Positions 39,790 through 51,205 of a stretch of 64,000 nt of DNA are shown here, piece after piece. This DNA is from Eledone cirrhosa (Eukaryota): positions 91,016,001 through 91,080,000 of the forward strand of contig OZ024744.1 of assembly GCA_964016885.1 (NCBI GenBank), given 5' to 3'. Made by a program: the position numbers and the translations under genes. Within the stretch, counting starts at the first letter, position 1. Each line of letters begins with the position of its first letter. The notes under the pieces are model-generated. The model was not told the DNA's origin, searched no databases, and saw nothing but the letters and a program-made list of their open reading frames with translations.

Positions 39790-40505
39790 AATATGTATGT
39801 GTGTATATGTATGTGTGTGTGTATGTATGTGTGTAGGTATGCGTGTGTATGTGTGTGTGTAGGTATGTATGTATGTGTATGTATGAATGTGTGTATGTAT
39901 GAATGTGTGTATGTATGTATATATGTGTGCATGTATGAATGTGTGTATGTATGAATGTGTGTATGTATGTGTGTATGTATGAATGTGTGTATGTATGAAT
40001 GTGTGTGTGTATGAATGTGTGTGTGTATGAATGTGTGTATGTATGAATGTGTGTATGTATATATGTGTGCATGTATGAATGTGTGTATGTATGTATATAT
40101 GTGTGTATGTATGAATGTGTGTATGTATGAATGTGTGTATGTATGTATGTATATATGTGTGCATGTATGAATGTATGTGTGTATGAATGTATGTGTGTAT
40201 GTATGAATGTGTGTATGTATGAATGTGTGTATGTATGAATGTGTGTATGTATGTATGTATGTGTGCATGTATGAATGTATGTATGAATGTGTGTATGTAT
40301 GTATGTATATATGTGTGCATGTATGAATGTGTGTATGTATGTATATATGTGTGCATGTATGAATGTGTGTATGTATGTATGTAAATATGTGTGTATGTAT
40401 GAATGTGTGTATGTATGAATGTGTGTATGTATGTATGTATATATGTGTGTATGTATGAATGTGTGTATGTATGAATGTGTGTATGTATTTATGTATATAT
40501 GTGTG
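39790..40505. repeat. (TGTATGAA/TGTA)n microsatellite-derived repeat
   Basis: Direct inspection. Confidence 0.9.
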
Positions 40506-40675
40506 TTCTTCCGCCCTTTGTCAGGTTTTTTCTTTGTCCTGCAGGGTGTCCAAAATCACCCTCCTCACCAAGTTAACTTGGTGAGGTTGCCTCATAAGAC
40601 TCCAAAAGTGTGTAAATATGTATATGCACATGTACATATGTATGTATATGTGTATATACATGGGTGTATGTATAT

Positions 40676-41008
40676 GCGCGGGGGACATAGAAATAGTTGG
40701 GCTGGACACCCGATCGCGCGGTTAAACCACTGGGAGTGAAGGTCCCCTAGCCCTTGTCAGGGCATTCTTCTAGGAGAAGGCATCTCAGGAAACTGGGTTA
40801 ACTCCGACATAAAACCTGCGGCTCAGTAGTTACCGATGATGTTGATCTATTCTTCTTTTCGGGTTATAGCTACTGTCGCTCAGAGAGTGGGATTGGCTCA
40901 GTGTACAGTCTTTCCTCACTTTACAAAATATCTTCACGCACAGGCATTGCACGATAGAATTAATTAATAATTATTAATAATGGTATATCGTGCAATGGCC
41001 ATACTCGA
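40676..41008 (+). mobile_element. Divergent relative of the bipartite RTE-derived element
   Basis: Shares ttgtca..ctaggagaagg, gatgatgttgatctattcttcttt, cacaggcattgc and the terminal ggccatactcga..ggcagccatcat with 35355-35770. Confidence 0.65.
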
Positions 41009-41838
41009 TAACAAGGGGCAGCCATCATATATGTGTATGTATGTGTACATATGTATGTGTACATATGTGTATATCCGTATGTGTGTATTATGTATAAATG
41101 TATATATACACATGAATGTATGTGTATATGTATATGTGTGTGTGTGTACATATGTATGTGTGTATGTCTGTGTGTTCATATGTATGTGTATATCCGTGTG
41201 TGTATGTATATGTGTATGTGCAAATGTGTATTATGTATGTATGTGTATATACAGATGAATGTATAAGCATGCAGTCACCACCACCACCATCATCATCATC
41301 ATCGTTGTCACTACCACCACCAGCATCACCATCCTCATCATCATCATCATTATTGTCACTACCACCACCATTGTTGTTCATCATCATCATCATCATCATC
41401 ATTATTATCATTATTATTATTATTATTATTGTATATCCAGTATTTCAAGCTGACATGGGTTGCTCTACATATATATACACATGTGCATCTATTTTTGCAG
41501 CTAACCATCCAGTGATCTTTACATACCTGTATCTATACCTGTATCTATACCTGTATCTATACCATGTAGTATAAGTAGTACTGATACGGTAGTTATGAAG
41601 ATCTTATTACTAACTAGCTAGCTAACCATTACCATAAAAAAACTAGACACTGTTCATATAGCTGTTAGGAGCACGGTCAAGCGGTTAAAGGTTTTTTGGA
41701 CACATAATCAGAGGATCGTGAGTTTGATTCTTGAACTAGGCAGCAGAATGTGCTTCTAGAGGATAGTGCTGCTCCCTCTAATTAAAACAGTTGAAAAATT
41801 TCCTATGTAATACAAATATAACCTCATAGTATGGCAAG

Positions 41839-42057
41839 TTAGCATTTAAACCGGCTATATCCGGCCAGAATTCTCTCACCTCTTTCCGTTCAAACCAGTC
41901 GTAACCAGCCACTCATACTGATGTTAAGGTATTGTTCTCAAAATAAATAATATCAAAATCTCATAGATACACTACTATGTAAGATAATTGTGAGGTAAAG
42001 CATTTACAGTGAAAATACAATAGTAAATATAGGGTAATGTGAATGCTAAAGGGTTAA
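41839..42057. mobile_element. piggyBac-like MITE (left end damaged)
   Basis: Ends aatgctaaagggTTAA. The internal sequence is the reverse complement of 43390-43590. Confidence 0.65.
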
Positions 42058-42930
42058 TCTTACATAAATGTGAGCTGTAACAACTTAATCGGACTGGGAC
42101 TTTCTCATCAAAAGACTCGAGAAACTGCCTATATGATACAACCTCATAGAGAGCCCAGCTAAACCTAAATAAATGTGAGCTGTAACATGCTAGGGCTAGG
42201 ACCTCTATCATTAAAACACTTGAAAAATCTCCTATGAGATACAACCTCGTAGGAGGTCAGTTAAAAGTGCAAAATTGTGAGCTATAACAACAAGAGGACT
42301 AGGACCTTACTAAAAGACCTAAGAAACCTCATATGAGATACAACTTAATTGAGGGCCAGTTGAATCTACATAGATGTCAGCTGTAACAACATGATAGGGT
42401 TGGAACCCCTAGCAGTAAAAGACATAAGAAACCTCTAATGAGATACCTCATAGAAGGCCAGCTAAACCTACAAAAATGTGAGCAGTAACATCATGATGAT
42501 AGAACTAGTGACTCTCATTAACACACCCAAGAAGCCTCCTATGAGATACAACTTTATAGGTGGCCAACCAAACCTACATAGATGAGAGCTGCAACATCAT
42601 GATGATCTATAACAATGTCATAATAAGATTGGTGTCTGTCTTGTTAGCACACCCAAGAAGCCTCCTATGTAATGCAATCTTGTAAGCTGCCAGTCAAACC
42701 TATAGACGTGTGGGTTGTAACAACATCATGATAGGACTGGTGTCTGTCTTGTCAGCACACCCAAGAAGCCCCCTCCCCCCCTCATATGATGCAACCTTGT
42801 AAGCGGCCAGCCAAACCTATATACGTATGGGTTGTAACAACATCATGAAAGGACTGGTGACATTCTTGCCAGCACACCTAAGAAGCCTCCGTAGGAGACC
42901 AGCCAAACCTACATATGTGTGAGCTGTAAT
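42056..42930. repeat. Degenerate tandem array, unit about 100-125 bp, about 9 units
   Basis: aaacctacata.atgtgagctgtaacaac..aagaa.cctc.tatgagatacaacc recurs at about 42056, 42161, 42264, 42362, 42464, 42570, 42696, 42813 and 42905. Confidence 0.8.
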
Positions 42931-43012
42931 TTACATTTTTATTTTTTTTTCATTTTGCTGTTATCTAAGAGCTAAGCAAAAAAAAATAGTTATAACAGAG
43001 AATGCATATCTC

Positions 43013-43593
43013 TTAACCCTTTAGCATTCACATTACTTTATGGAGGCACATGGCTTAGTGGTTAGAGCATTGGCCTTGCAATCGATAGGTTGTGAGTTCA
43101 ATTCTCAGACCGGGTGATGTGTTGTTTCCTTGAGCAAGACACTTTATTTCACATTACTCCAGTTTACTCAGCTGTAGAAATGAGATGATAGGGACTGGGG
43201 TCCCTATCATTCCACTGCAAAGTGGTCGTGTAGGTGCCACGGAAAAAAAGCACCCAGCACTCACTGTAAATGAGGTTGGTGTTAGGAAGGGCATCCAGCT
43301 GTAGAAATCAAGCCAGAATCAGTTCCCATCCCACCCTTGCAAGCAGGGAAAAGCGGACGTAAAATGATGATGATGATGATGATGATTACTCTATATATAC
43401 TATTATATTTTCATGGTAAAGGCTTTACCACACATAATTATCTTACATAATATCGAATCTATGAGATTTTAAAAGTATTTATTTTGAGAACAATACCTTA
43501 ACATCAGTTTGAGTGACCACTTACAGCCAGTTTCAATAGAAAGAGGTAGAGAATTCTGGCCGGTTTTGGCCAGTTTGAACACTAAAGGGTTAA
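43013..43593. mobile_element. piggyBac-like MITE (TTAA-CCCTTTAG...CTAAAGGG-TTAA) interrupted by a SINE
   Basis: TTAA target duplications at 43013 and 43590, with TIRs starting CCC. Confidence 0.75.
43042..43386 (+). mobile_element. tRNA-derived SINE family A, full copy
   Basis: A/B boxes, CORE-like body and (GAT)n tail; attact occurs on both sides and is the probable target-site duplication. Confidence 0.92.
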
Positions 43594-43859
43594 ATACAGC
43601 TACTTGAATATCATGGCATACCAAACTGTAATTCCAACTATACATGAAATATATAAAATATTTATATATTTCTAACCAATATTCTACTAAGTGCCTGCAG
43701 TATTTGTTCTGGTTCTGTCAGTGTTCTGAGTTCAAATCCTGTCATGGTCAACTTTACCATTCATCTTTTTGAGGTCAATAAATAAAGCACAAGTCCAGTA
43801 TTGGACCAGTGTTTGATTTGTTCTATATCTCTTTCTGATTTCTTCTTTCTCTCTCACCA

Positions 43860-44480
43860 GTGTTCAGAACTGGAGAAGTATGAGCTCCACCAGGTTAAAA
43901 GTGCACAATACATGTTGTATGTCACTCTCTCAGCATTTAAACCAGCTGTTGTATCAGGACAAAGTCTCCAACCTCGAAGTTCTTGACATGGCTGAGGCAA
44001 CCAGTGTCGAAGCTATGATACTGAAGAGCCGACTTCGATGGGTAGGACTTGTCATCCGGATGGACCATCACAGGCTTCCGAAGCAACTGATGTATGGGGA
44101 ACTCTGTTCGGGGAAACGAAAGCGGGGCAGGGCTCTTAAGAGGTTCAAAGACTGTGTGAAGTCCAGCATCAACAACACTGGAATCGCCCCAAAACAACTC
44201 GAGTCCCATGCTCAGGACAGGACTGAGTGGCAAGCCCTTACCAGACGCGCCAAAGACTCTTTTGAAGAGAAGAGACGGGACGGGCAGATGTCACTGAGGC
44301 TTGTGAAAGGAGGAGAAAGGCATCAGCAGTTGCCCCAAGCGACTCCAGTCTCTTCCCCTGCCCCCACTGTCTCCGGACCTGCAAGTCAAGGATCGGCCTA
44401 CACAGCCACCTTCGTGCCCAAAGCAGTCAGGAACTAAAATAAAGAAGATGTCATCATCGTTTACGATGGACAACCAAGAG
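43860..44480 (+). mobile_element. BovB-like RTE LINE 3' fragment
   Basis: RLRWVGLVIRMDHHRLPKQLMYGEL..GKRKRGR..KRFKD. After a frameshift there is a C2H2 finger, FPCPHCLRTCKSRIGLHSHLR, and the terminal hairpin catcgtttacgatgg. Confidence 0.85.
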
Positions 44481-45104
44481 AAAATCAGGCCAGAATTATC
44501 TCACCTCTTTCTGTTCAAACCGGCGATAATTGGCAAGGTATTGTTCCCAAAATAAACATACATTATATATATATATATATATTTTTTACAATTTTTTTTA
44601 TCCATGTTTTTTTAGTTTTTTTTGTTACATATTACAATTTAAAAGAGAAAAAATTGTCTCTAGATATATTCAATTTGTTAATATTAAGAAATACTGTATA
44701 TACTTGAATATAAGCTAATACCAACATAATCTGCCACCACTATTTAAAATAAACGGACGCCATGCTTTGCAGCAAAGAGTTACGGCCCTTTACGGTCTGA
44801 GTTCAAATCCCGCCGAGGTTAAATTTGCCTTTCATCATTACGGGGTCGATAAAATAAAGTACCAGTAATGCACTGGGTAATTGCTGGCCTTGTGCCAAAA
44901 AAAAAGTAGAAACAACTATTTAAAATAGACTGAGAAATGGACAAAAATTCAAACCTTATTTACATAGAATTTGAAATTGGTGAAAACTGCCCAAAACATC
45001 GACCCTAAATATAAACCGACCTCATTCGACCATCAATTTTAAGGTGGGTGTTTTTTGGTCACATAGTCCTCGGCTTATATTCGAGTAGAAACAGTAATAT
45101 AGGT

Positions 45105-45277
45105 GCAGGCCACAGACATGGCTATATGGTTAATGGGTTAATGGATTTGGTTCACAACCACATGGTTTGGGGTTCAGTCACACTGTGTGGCACCTTGGAC
45201 AAATGTCTACTGTTATATCATAGGGTTGACCAATGCTTTGTGAGTGAAATTTGGTAGACAGAAACTGAAGAAGCCCA
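45105..45277 (+). mobile_element. Degenerate tRNA/CORE-like SINE (family C)
   Basis: Degenerate A/B boxes (tggctatatggtta, ggttcagtcac) followed by ggcaccttggacaaatgtct. Confidence 0.55.
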
Positions 45278-45458
45278 TTGTGTGTGTATGTGTGTGTGTG
45301 TGTGTGCAGGCGATCATGTGTGTGTAATTGTGTTTGTATGCGAATGTGTGTGTACACGATTATCTGTGTGTATGCGATTATGCGTGTATGTGTGTGTAAG
45401 TGAGTGCATATGTATTTATGTATGTATATGTATATATGTATGTGTATGTTCGTGTGTG

Positions 45459-45489
<31 letters not shown>

Positions 45490-45829
45490 TATATATGTGA
45501 GTATGTGTATGTATCTACGTGTGTATGTGATTGTGTGTACACAAATATGTGTATGTGCATGTGGGTGCGGGGGAGGGGGACAATGTATTTATGCCCGTAT
45601 GTATATATATATGTGTGTTTACATGTATGCGCATTTATATGTGTATGTGTATGCATGTACGTAATGCTGTGTGTGTGTGTTTATGTACTATAACTTAGCA
45701 ATTCAACAACAACAACAACAAAACCAATAAAAAGATCAATAATTACCAGACTAGGGCTGATTGCCCCAGTATGGCCGTAGCACAATCACTGAAACCAGTA
45801 AAAGGAATAGAAGAATATTTTTAACTCTT

Positions 45830-47812
45830 TATATGTAGACTAATTCCTCCACCTCATGCGATACATCATAGAGAGGGTAGGGTGTAAACCCGGCTTCGAT
45901 GGCGCTCTGATCAACTTGGATCAGTCTAAGGCTTTCGATAGGGTTGACCATCGTTACCTGGATGCAGTGCTCGAGGCGGCAGGCTTCGGACCCGTGTTCA
46001 GGGGCTGGATTGCTGCAATGCACAACAGCAACATCTGCTCAAGGGTTAAAGTGAACGGCTACCTCTCGGAGCCGTTCCATATCACACGATCCATCCGACA
46101 GGGATGCCCTCTCTCCTCCCTTCTGTACGTACTGACTCTCGAGCCACTACTGCGGAAGTTGGAGCTATTGCAGGGCATCCCTCTGGAACCGGGACTGCGG
46201 AAAGCGGCGTTGGCCTACGCCGATGACGTGACAGTAATGGTGTCGAGCGCCTCACAAATCGAGGATGTCGGCACCTTACTGAAGGAATACGAAAGGTTCA
46301 CAGGAGCGAAGCTGAACCGGGACAAGTCCATCGGTTTGCAACTCGGATCATGGAGAGGCAAACCGATGCCTTCTGGTGGCGTCTTCGGACACTGGACGGA
46401 AGGACCAGTAAAGCTGCTCGGGGTCTGGTTTGGTCCGGACCTCCAGGTGGAGAAGAACTGGAACGAGGTGTCGGCCAAGGTGTTTGCACTCACCCAGAAG
46501 TGGGCCGAGTGCAAACTATTATTGAAAGGTCAAGCGGAGGTGGTGAACACTTTTATAGCGTCCGCCATCTACTACCGCTTGACCGTCGTGCCTTGTCCAG
46601 CCAAAACGCTCGCCAAAATGGAGCATGCACTCTTCCCATTCCTTTGGAAGAGGCAGGCTCCTTTGGTGAGAAGATCCATCTGCTGCCAACACCCTTCCAA
46701 TGGAGGGCTGCGAATGCCGTGGCTGACGATGCGCATACACGCGCTCAGGCTGCGGCATCTCTACGTATTCCTCACCGGACAACCGGTGTGGGTCCCGTTC
46801 GTGAGGCGAGCCTTCCCACGACTCGTCTCGCTGACCGAGCTGCAGTCCTGGGTCAAACAAAGACCGAGGAAAATGGGCGACTGGCACATCGAACGTGCTC
46901 AGGCGCTCACAGCCCTCTGGCAGGTGGACCCGGCGATCAGTGGAGACTCCACTTCGTCATTCTATAGAGGGTTGATCCGCAGCAAGTGCGACGACGTGCT
47001 TGGTGAAACTCTAGGCATAGAGGAAGACGAACTGGCCAGTCTGTTCGGTAGGACCGTCCGCCCAGGACCGATGGACAACTTCCTGGCCTGGCAGTGCTAC
47101 CGAGGAGCTCTACCAGTTCGAGACAAGCTCTACAGACATGGGCGCCCGGGCAGGGACCCTGCAAAAAAGATCTGTCTGAGGTGCGTGCGAGACGAAGAAA
47201 CCGTCGCGCACGCATTCATACACCTGTGGGGCTATGTAGAACGACTATTGTCGCGGGTGGGACCAATCCGGTTGACCACCGAGTCCATTGTCATGATCAA
47301 ACCGCCACCCTCCTTCAAAAACGAAGGAGAGGCGGTTTTCCTTTGTGTGATAGCTATGGCGAAAGAGGTTGTATGGTGGCCAAGGTTGAAAGGGCTGAGG
47401 TCAGACACCTTTCTCTCCGGCCAACAACTGATTCTTTTTTTCAAATACCACTTTGGAAGAAGAATCAGGATGGAGAGAGAGGTGCTGTACCCCAGCAAGT
47501 TTTATGAAAGGTGGGTGAAAGGGGCGAGAATGGCCCGAGTGAATGGGCCTTCTCTCTATATCAGCCTGTAGGTTGAGGAAAAAGAGGAGGAGAGGAAAGG
47601 AGTACAAACTCTTTGTATTCCTGGAGATGAGGGTTGAACATTTTTTTTCGCGGGTATGTGTTACCCATATGAAATGTCTCTCCCTATTGGGGAAAATCGG
47701 CTAATTTTTAAATTGCATTTGTGATAATATTTTACACGTTTTTATTGTATGTAAACTTCCCCCTTTGTATTTGTCCCCTTCTTTTGTGCCCGTGTGGCTA
47801 ATAAAGAAACAT
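45830..47812 (+). mobile_element. Tx1/L1-clade LINE with a 3' UTR ending AATAAAGAAA
   Basis: ORF plus a T-rich 3' UTR and polyA signal, followed by (TA)n. Confidence 0.85.
45856..47571 (+). CDS. Tx1/L1-clade LINE reverse transcriptase (5'-truncated ORF2)
   Basis: LINLDQSKAFDRVDH, RSIRQGCPLS, LAYADDV and GAKLNRDKS, plus the C-terminal zf-RVT-like CLRC..EETVAHAF. Confidence 0.9.
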   Translation: MRYIIERVGCKPGFDGALINLDQSKAFDRVDHRYLDAVLEAAGFGPVFRGWIAAMHNSNICSRVKVNGYLSEPFHITRSIRQGCPLSSLLYVLTLEPLLRKLELLQGIPLEPGLRKAALAYADDVTVMVSSASQIEDVGTLLKEYERFTGAKLNRDKSIGLQLGSWRGKPMPSGGVFGHWTEGPVKLLGVWFGPDLQVEKNWNEVSAKVFALTQKWAECKLLLKGQAEVVNTFIASAIYYRLTVVPCPAKTLAKMEHALFPFLWKRQAPLVRRSICCQHPSNGGLRMPWLTMRIHALRLRHLYVFLTGQPVWVPFVRRAFPRLVSLTELQSWVKQRPRKMGDWHIERAQALTALWQVDPAISGDSTSSFYRGLIRSKCDDVLGETLGIEEDELASLFGRTVRPGPMDNFLAWQCYRGALPVRDKLYRHGRPGRDPAKKICLRCVRDEETVAHAFIHLWGYVERLLSRVGPIRLTTESIVMIKPPPSFKNEGEAVFLCVIAMAKEVVWWPRLKGLRSDTFLSGQQLILFFKYHFGRRIRMEREVLYPSKFYERWVKGARMARVNGPSLYISL

Positions 47813-47879
47813 ATCTATCTATATATATATATATTCAATGTTATTAAATAAATGGAAAGTATATTTATAAAACCATATT

Positions 47880-47943
47880 TATTTTATTATATATATTTCA
47901 AGGGTACCAAGACAACATTGGTACGCTTTCATCAGATAAAATA
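47880..47943 (-). ncRNA. Minimal type I hammerhead motif (same family as 15047-15113)
   Basis: Minus strand reads tattttat CTGATGA aagcgtaccaa..ttggtaccctt GAAA t-atat-a TA ataaaata. Confidence 0.75.
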
Positions 47944-48149
47944 CAAAGTTTGTTTTATAAATAGAGACATACCCATGAAAATCATACCTTATCGGTTGGA
48001 TATTCTCTGGATAGTGGAAATATATTAGGGATTTTTCTAACTTATGGGGGAATATGCAAAAGAATATGTAAATAATTGAAAAACAACCGTTTATTTAAAC
48101 GACTATTTATATTTGTCGGACTTCCAACAAATTAAATACCCCTTCTACT

Positions 48150-48830
48150 TATATATATATATGAATTAGGTGTGTATATATAGATATATATTATGTATTA
48201 TGTATGTGTATATGTATATATAAAATAGGGGGGGGTATATATCTATATATATAATGTATATATCATGTTTTTGTGTATACATATGTATACATGTGTGTAT
48301 GTGCATGTCAATATACACGTGTGTGTGATATATATATATATTATATATATATATTACGTATTATATATATATATATATATATATATTAAGTATTATATGT
48401 GTGTATATGTATATAAAATAGGGGTGGTGGGTGTTTGTGTATATATATATAACTAATGTATATATCATGTTTGTGTGTATACATATGTATACACGTGTAT
48501 GTGCATGTCAATATACACGTGTGTGATATATATATATATATTATGTATTATGTATGTATATAAATTATGTATTATGTGTGTGTATATGTATATATAATGT
48601 GTAGGGAGGGATGTTTGTATATATATATCTGCAATGTATATATCATGTTTGTGTGTATACATATCATGTGTGTGTGTTTGTGTGTGTGTGTGCTTGAGTG
48701 TGTGTGTTTGTGTGTGAGTGGGTGTGTGTGTGAGTGTGTTTGTGTGTGAGTGTGTGTGAGTGTGTTTGTGTGTGTTTGTGTTTGTGTGTGTTTGTGTTTG
48801 TGTGTGTGCGTGTGTGCTTGTGTGTGTGTT
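48150..48830. repeat. (TA)n/(TG)n microsatellite complex
   Basis: Direct inspection. Confidence 0.85.
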
Positions 48831-49426
48831 ATTCGTATTTCATGTTTACCAGAAATAATGAACATTTCAAGAGAGAGAGAGAGAAAAGAAAGAAAAGAAA
48901 GAAACAAACAAACAAAAGAAAAAAAAAAAGACAGCCAAATAATTCTCTAATAGGTAAAAATAGACAAGAAGCAATTCAGCAATTTAGCAAGGATGCTAGC
49001 AAGCTGACTAAGAAATGAACAGAGGAAACAAAGGACAGTGGAGGTGGAGGGGGGCAGTGGAAGGGATAGAGGGGGGGGGGGGGGGACGGGAGGGGGAGGG
49101 GAGAGAAGAGAAGAAGAGAAGAGATAGAAAAAAAAGAGAGAAGAAGAGTATAGATTATAGAATAGTGAGTCTGTAGTGAATCTGTTTCTCTTCTCTTCCA
49201 AGCCTTGCCGCAGCAATAGCAGACAGACTTTCTGATTGGTTAATAAGCAGAACCAATCATGTGTAGACTACACTACACAACACAGCACAGCACTGCACTG
49301 CACTGCTGAGGAAATAATAATAATAATTATTATATATATATATATATATATAAAATAAAAAAAAAGAATTCCAGGGAAGGGGAAGGGGGAGGGGGACAAA
49401 AAAGAAAAGGAGAAAGTGACAGAATA

Positions 49427-49491
<65 letters not shown>

Positions 49492-49719
49492 AAGAAAAAG
49501 GTAGAATGAAGCATTTAATAACCAAATCAATGACTCATTCGATAGGTAAGTGAAAGAGAGGAGGAGGAGGAGGGGGCTAAGGAAGAATGAGAGAGTAATG
49601 GAGTGGTGGTGTGTGGGTGGTGGTGGTGGGGTGGGAGGTGTTGGCAGCGAACTTAAGCAACATTGATAAATAAGAGGCAAGAGAAAACAAGCATGAATGC
49701 ACACATAGACATACTCATT

Positions 49720-50294
49720 ATACACACACATACATACATACATACATACACATACATATATATACATACACATATATATATACATACACACATACACATA
49801 TATATATACATACACACATATATATACATACATACATATATATACATACATACACACATATACATACATACATACATACATACATACATACATACATACA
49901 TACACATATATATATATATACATACACATATATATACATACATATATACATACATACATACATACATATATATATATACATATATATATACATACACACA
50001 TATATATATACGCACATATATATATACATACATACACACATATATACATACTTACATACACACATATATACATACATACATACACACATATATACATACA
50101 TACATACATACATACACACATATATACATACATACATATATACATACATACATATATACACATATACACATATATACATACATACACACACACACATATA
50201 TATACACATATATATATACATATATACATATATATATATATATACATACATATACATAAATTTATACATATATATAACCCACTCACACACAAAT

Positions 50295-50334
<40 letters not shown>

Positions 50335-50400
50335 ACATACACATACATATTCATATATATATAGAGAGAGATACATATACATACTTATATACATATATAT
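49720..50400. repeat. (TACA)n/(TA)n microsatellite
   Basis: Direct inspection. Confidence 0.9.
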
Positions 50401-50816
50401 ACCAAATAATAGCAATGTGGGGGGGGGGGGGGGTAGGAGAGAGAGGGAGAGAGAGAAGTAGAGTAAAGTGTGGTAGCAGGGTGGAGGTATGGTTGTGTGT
50501 ATGGAAGACATTGTGAGGGGTGGGGGGGGGGGGGGGTAGTCGGTCACGTCTGTGAGCTGCAGTAGTGTAGTAAAAAGAGGAAAGAGAAAAAAAGAAAAAT
50601 AGTAAAATTTTCAAAAAAATGATAAAATAAAATATTAAATAAATAAATAAATAAATTAAATAAAATATAAATATATAAATAAATATAAATAAAATAATAA
50701 ATAAATGAATAAAACAAGAAAAATTTTGGACAGAGGAACTCTTTCCGAAAATGAAAACTGAAAAACGGAGATTCTAAGACGGTGACTAATATGGAAAACA
50801 AAACAAAAAATTTAGA

Positions 50817-50849
<33 letters not shown>

Positions 50850-50850
<1 letters not shown>

Positions 50851-51205
50851 CTTTCTTTATTAACCACAAGGGTTTACATAAAGTAGACATTAAGGACAGT
50901 TCAGGACAATACAGGACGGTACAAATGGGCATTTCTGCGTGTAAAAAGAAACAGAGGATGTAATAAAAAAATAACAATGATAAATAATAATAATAATAAT
51001 AATGATTTCTTTATTGGCCACAAGGGCTGACATCAAGAAAAACATTACAGACGGCACAGGACAGTACGATGTGGGTTTTGTGCGTGTAAATATTTTTATT
51101 ATTTATATAAGAAAAGAAAAAAAGACATAGAAACATATATATAAACAATAAAAATGAAAATTGAAACAATGAAAAATTCCCCAATAGGGGGGAAACCTCC
51201 AAGGG
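50850..51205 (-). mobile_element. Two Tx1-like 3' UTR tips next to (TAA)n tracts
   Basis: The reverse complements end ccttgtgg(tt/cc)aataaagaaa, like 47788-47810. ccctattggggaa is shared with 47682-47696. Confidence 0.6.

Noticed and set aside
40563-40586. 24-bp perfect palindrome cctcaccaagttaacttggtgagg preceded by an acceptor-like tttgtcctgcag
   Set aside because: It is an isolated ~100-bp fragment between microsatellites with no donor or ORF support, and is probably a repeat remnant.
43042-43115. tRNA gene
   Set aside because: It has A/B boxes but no proper acceptor stem or terminator, and it continues into a SINE body present in several copies.
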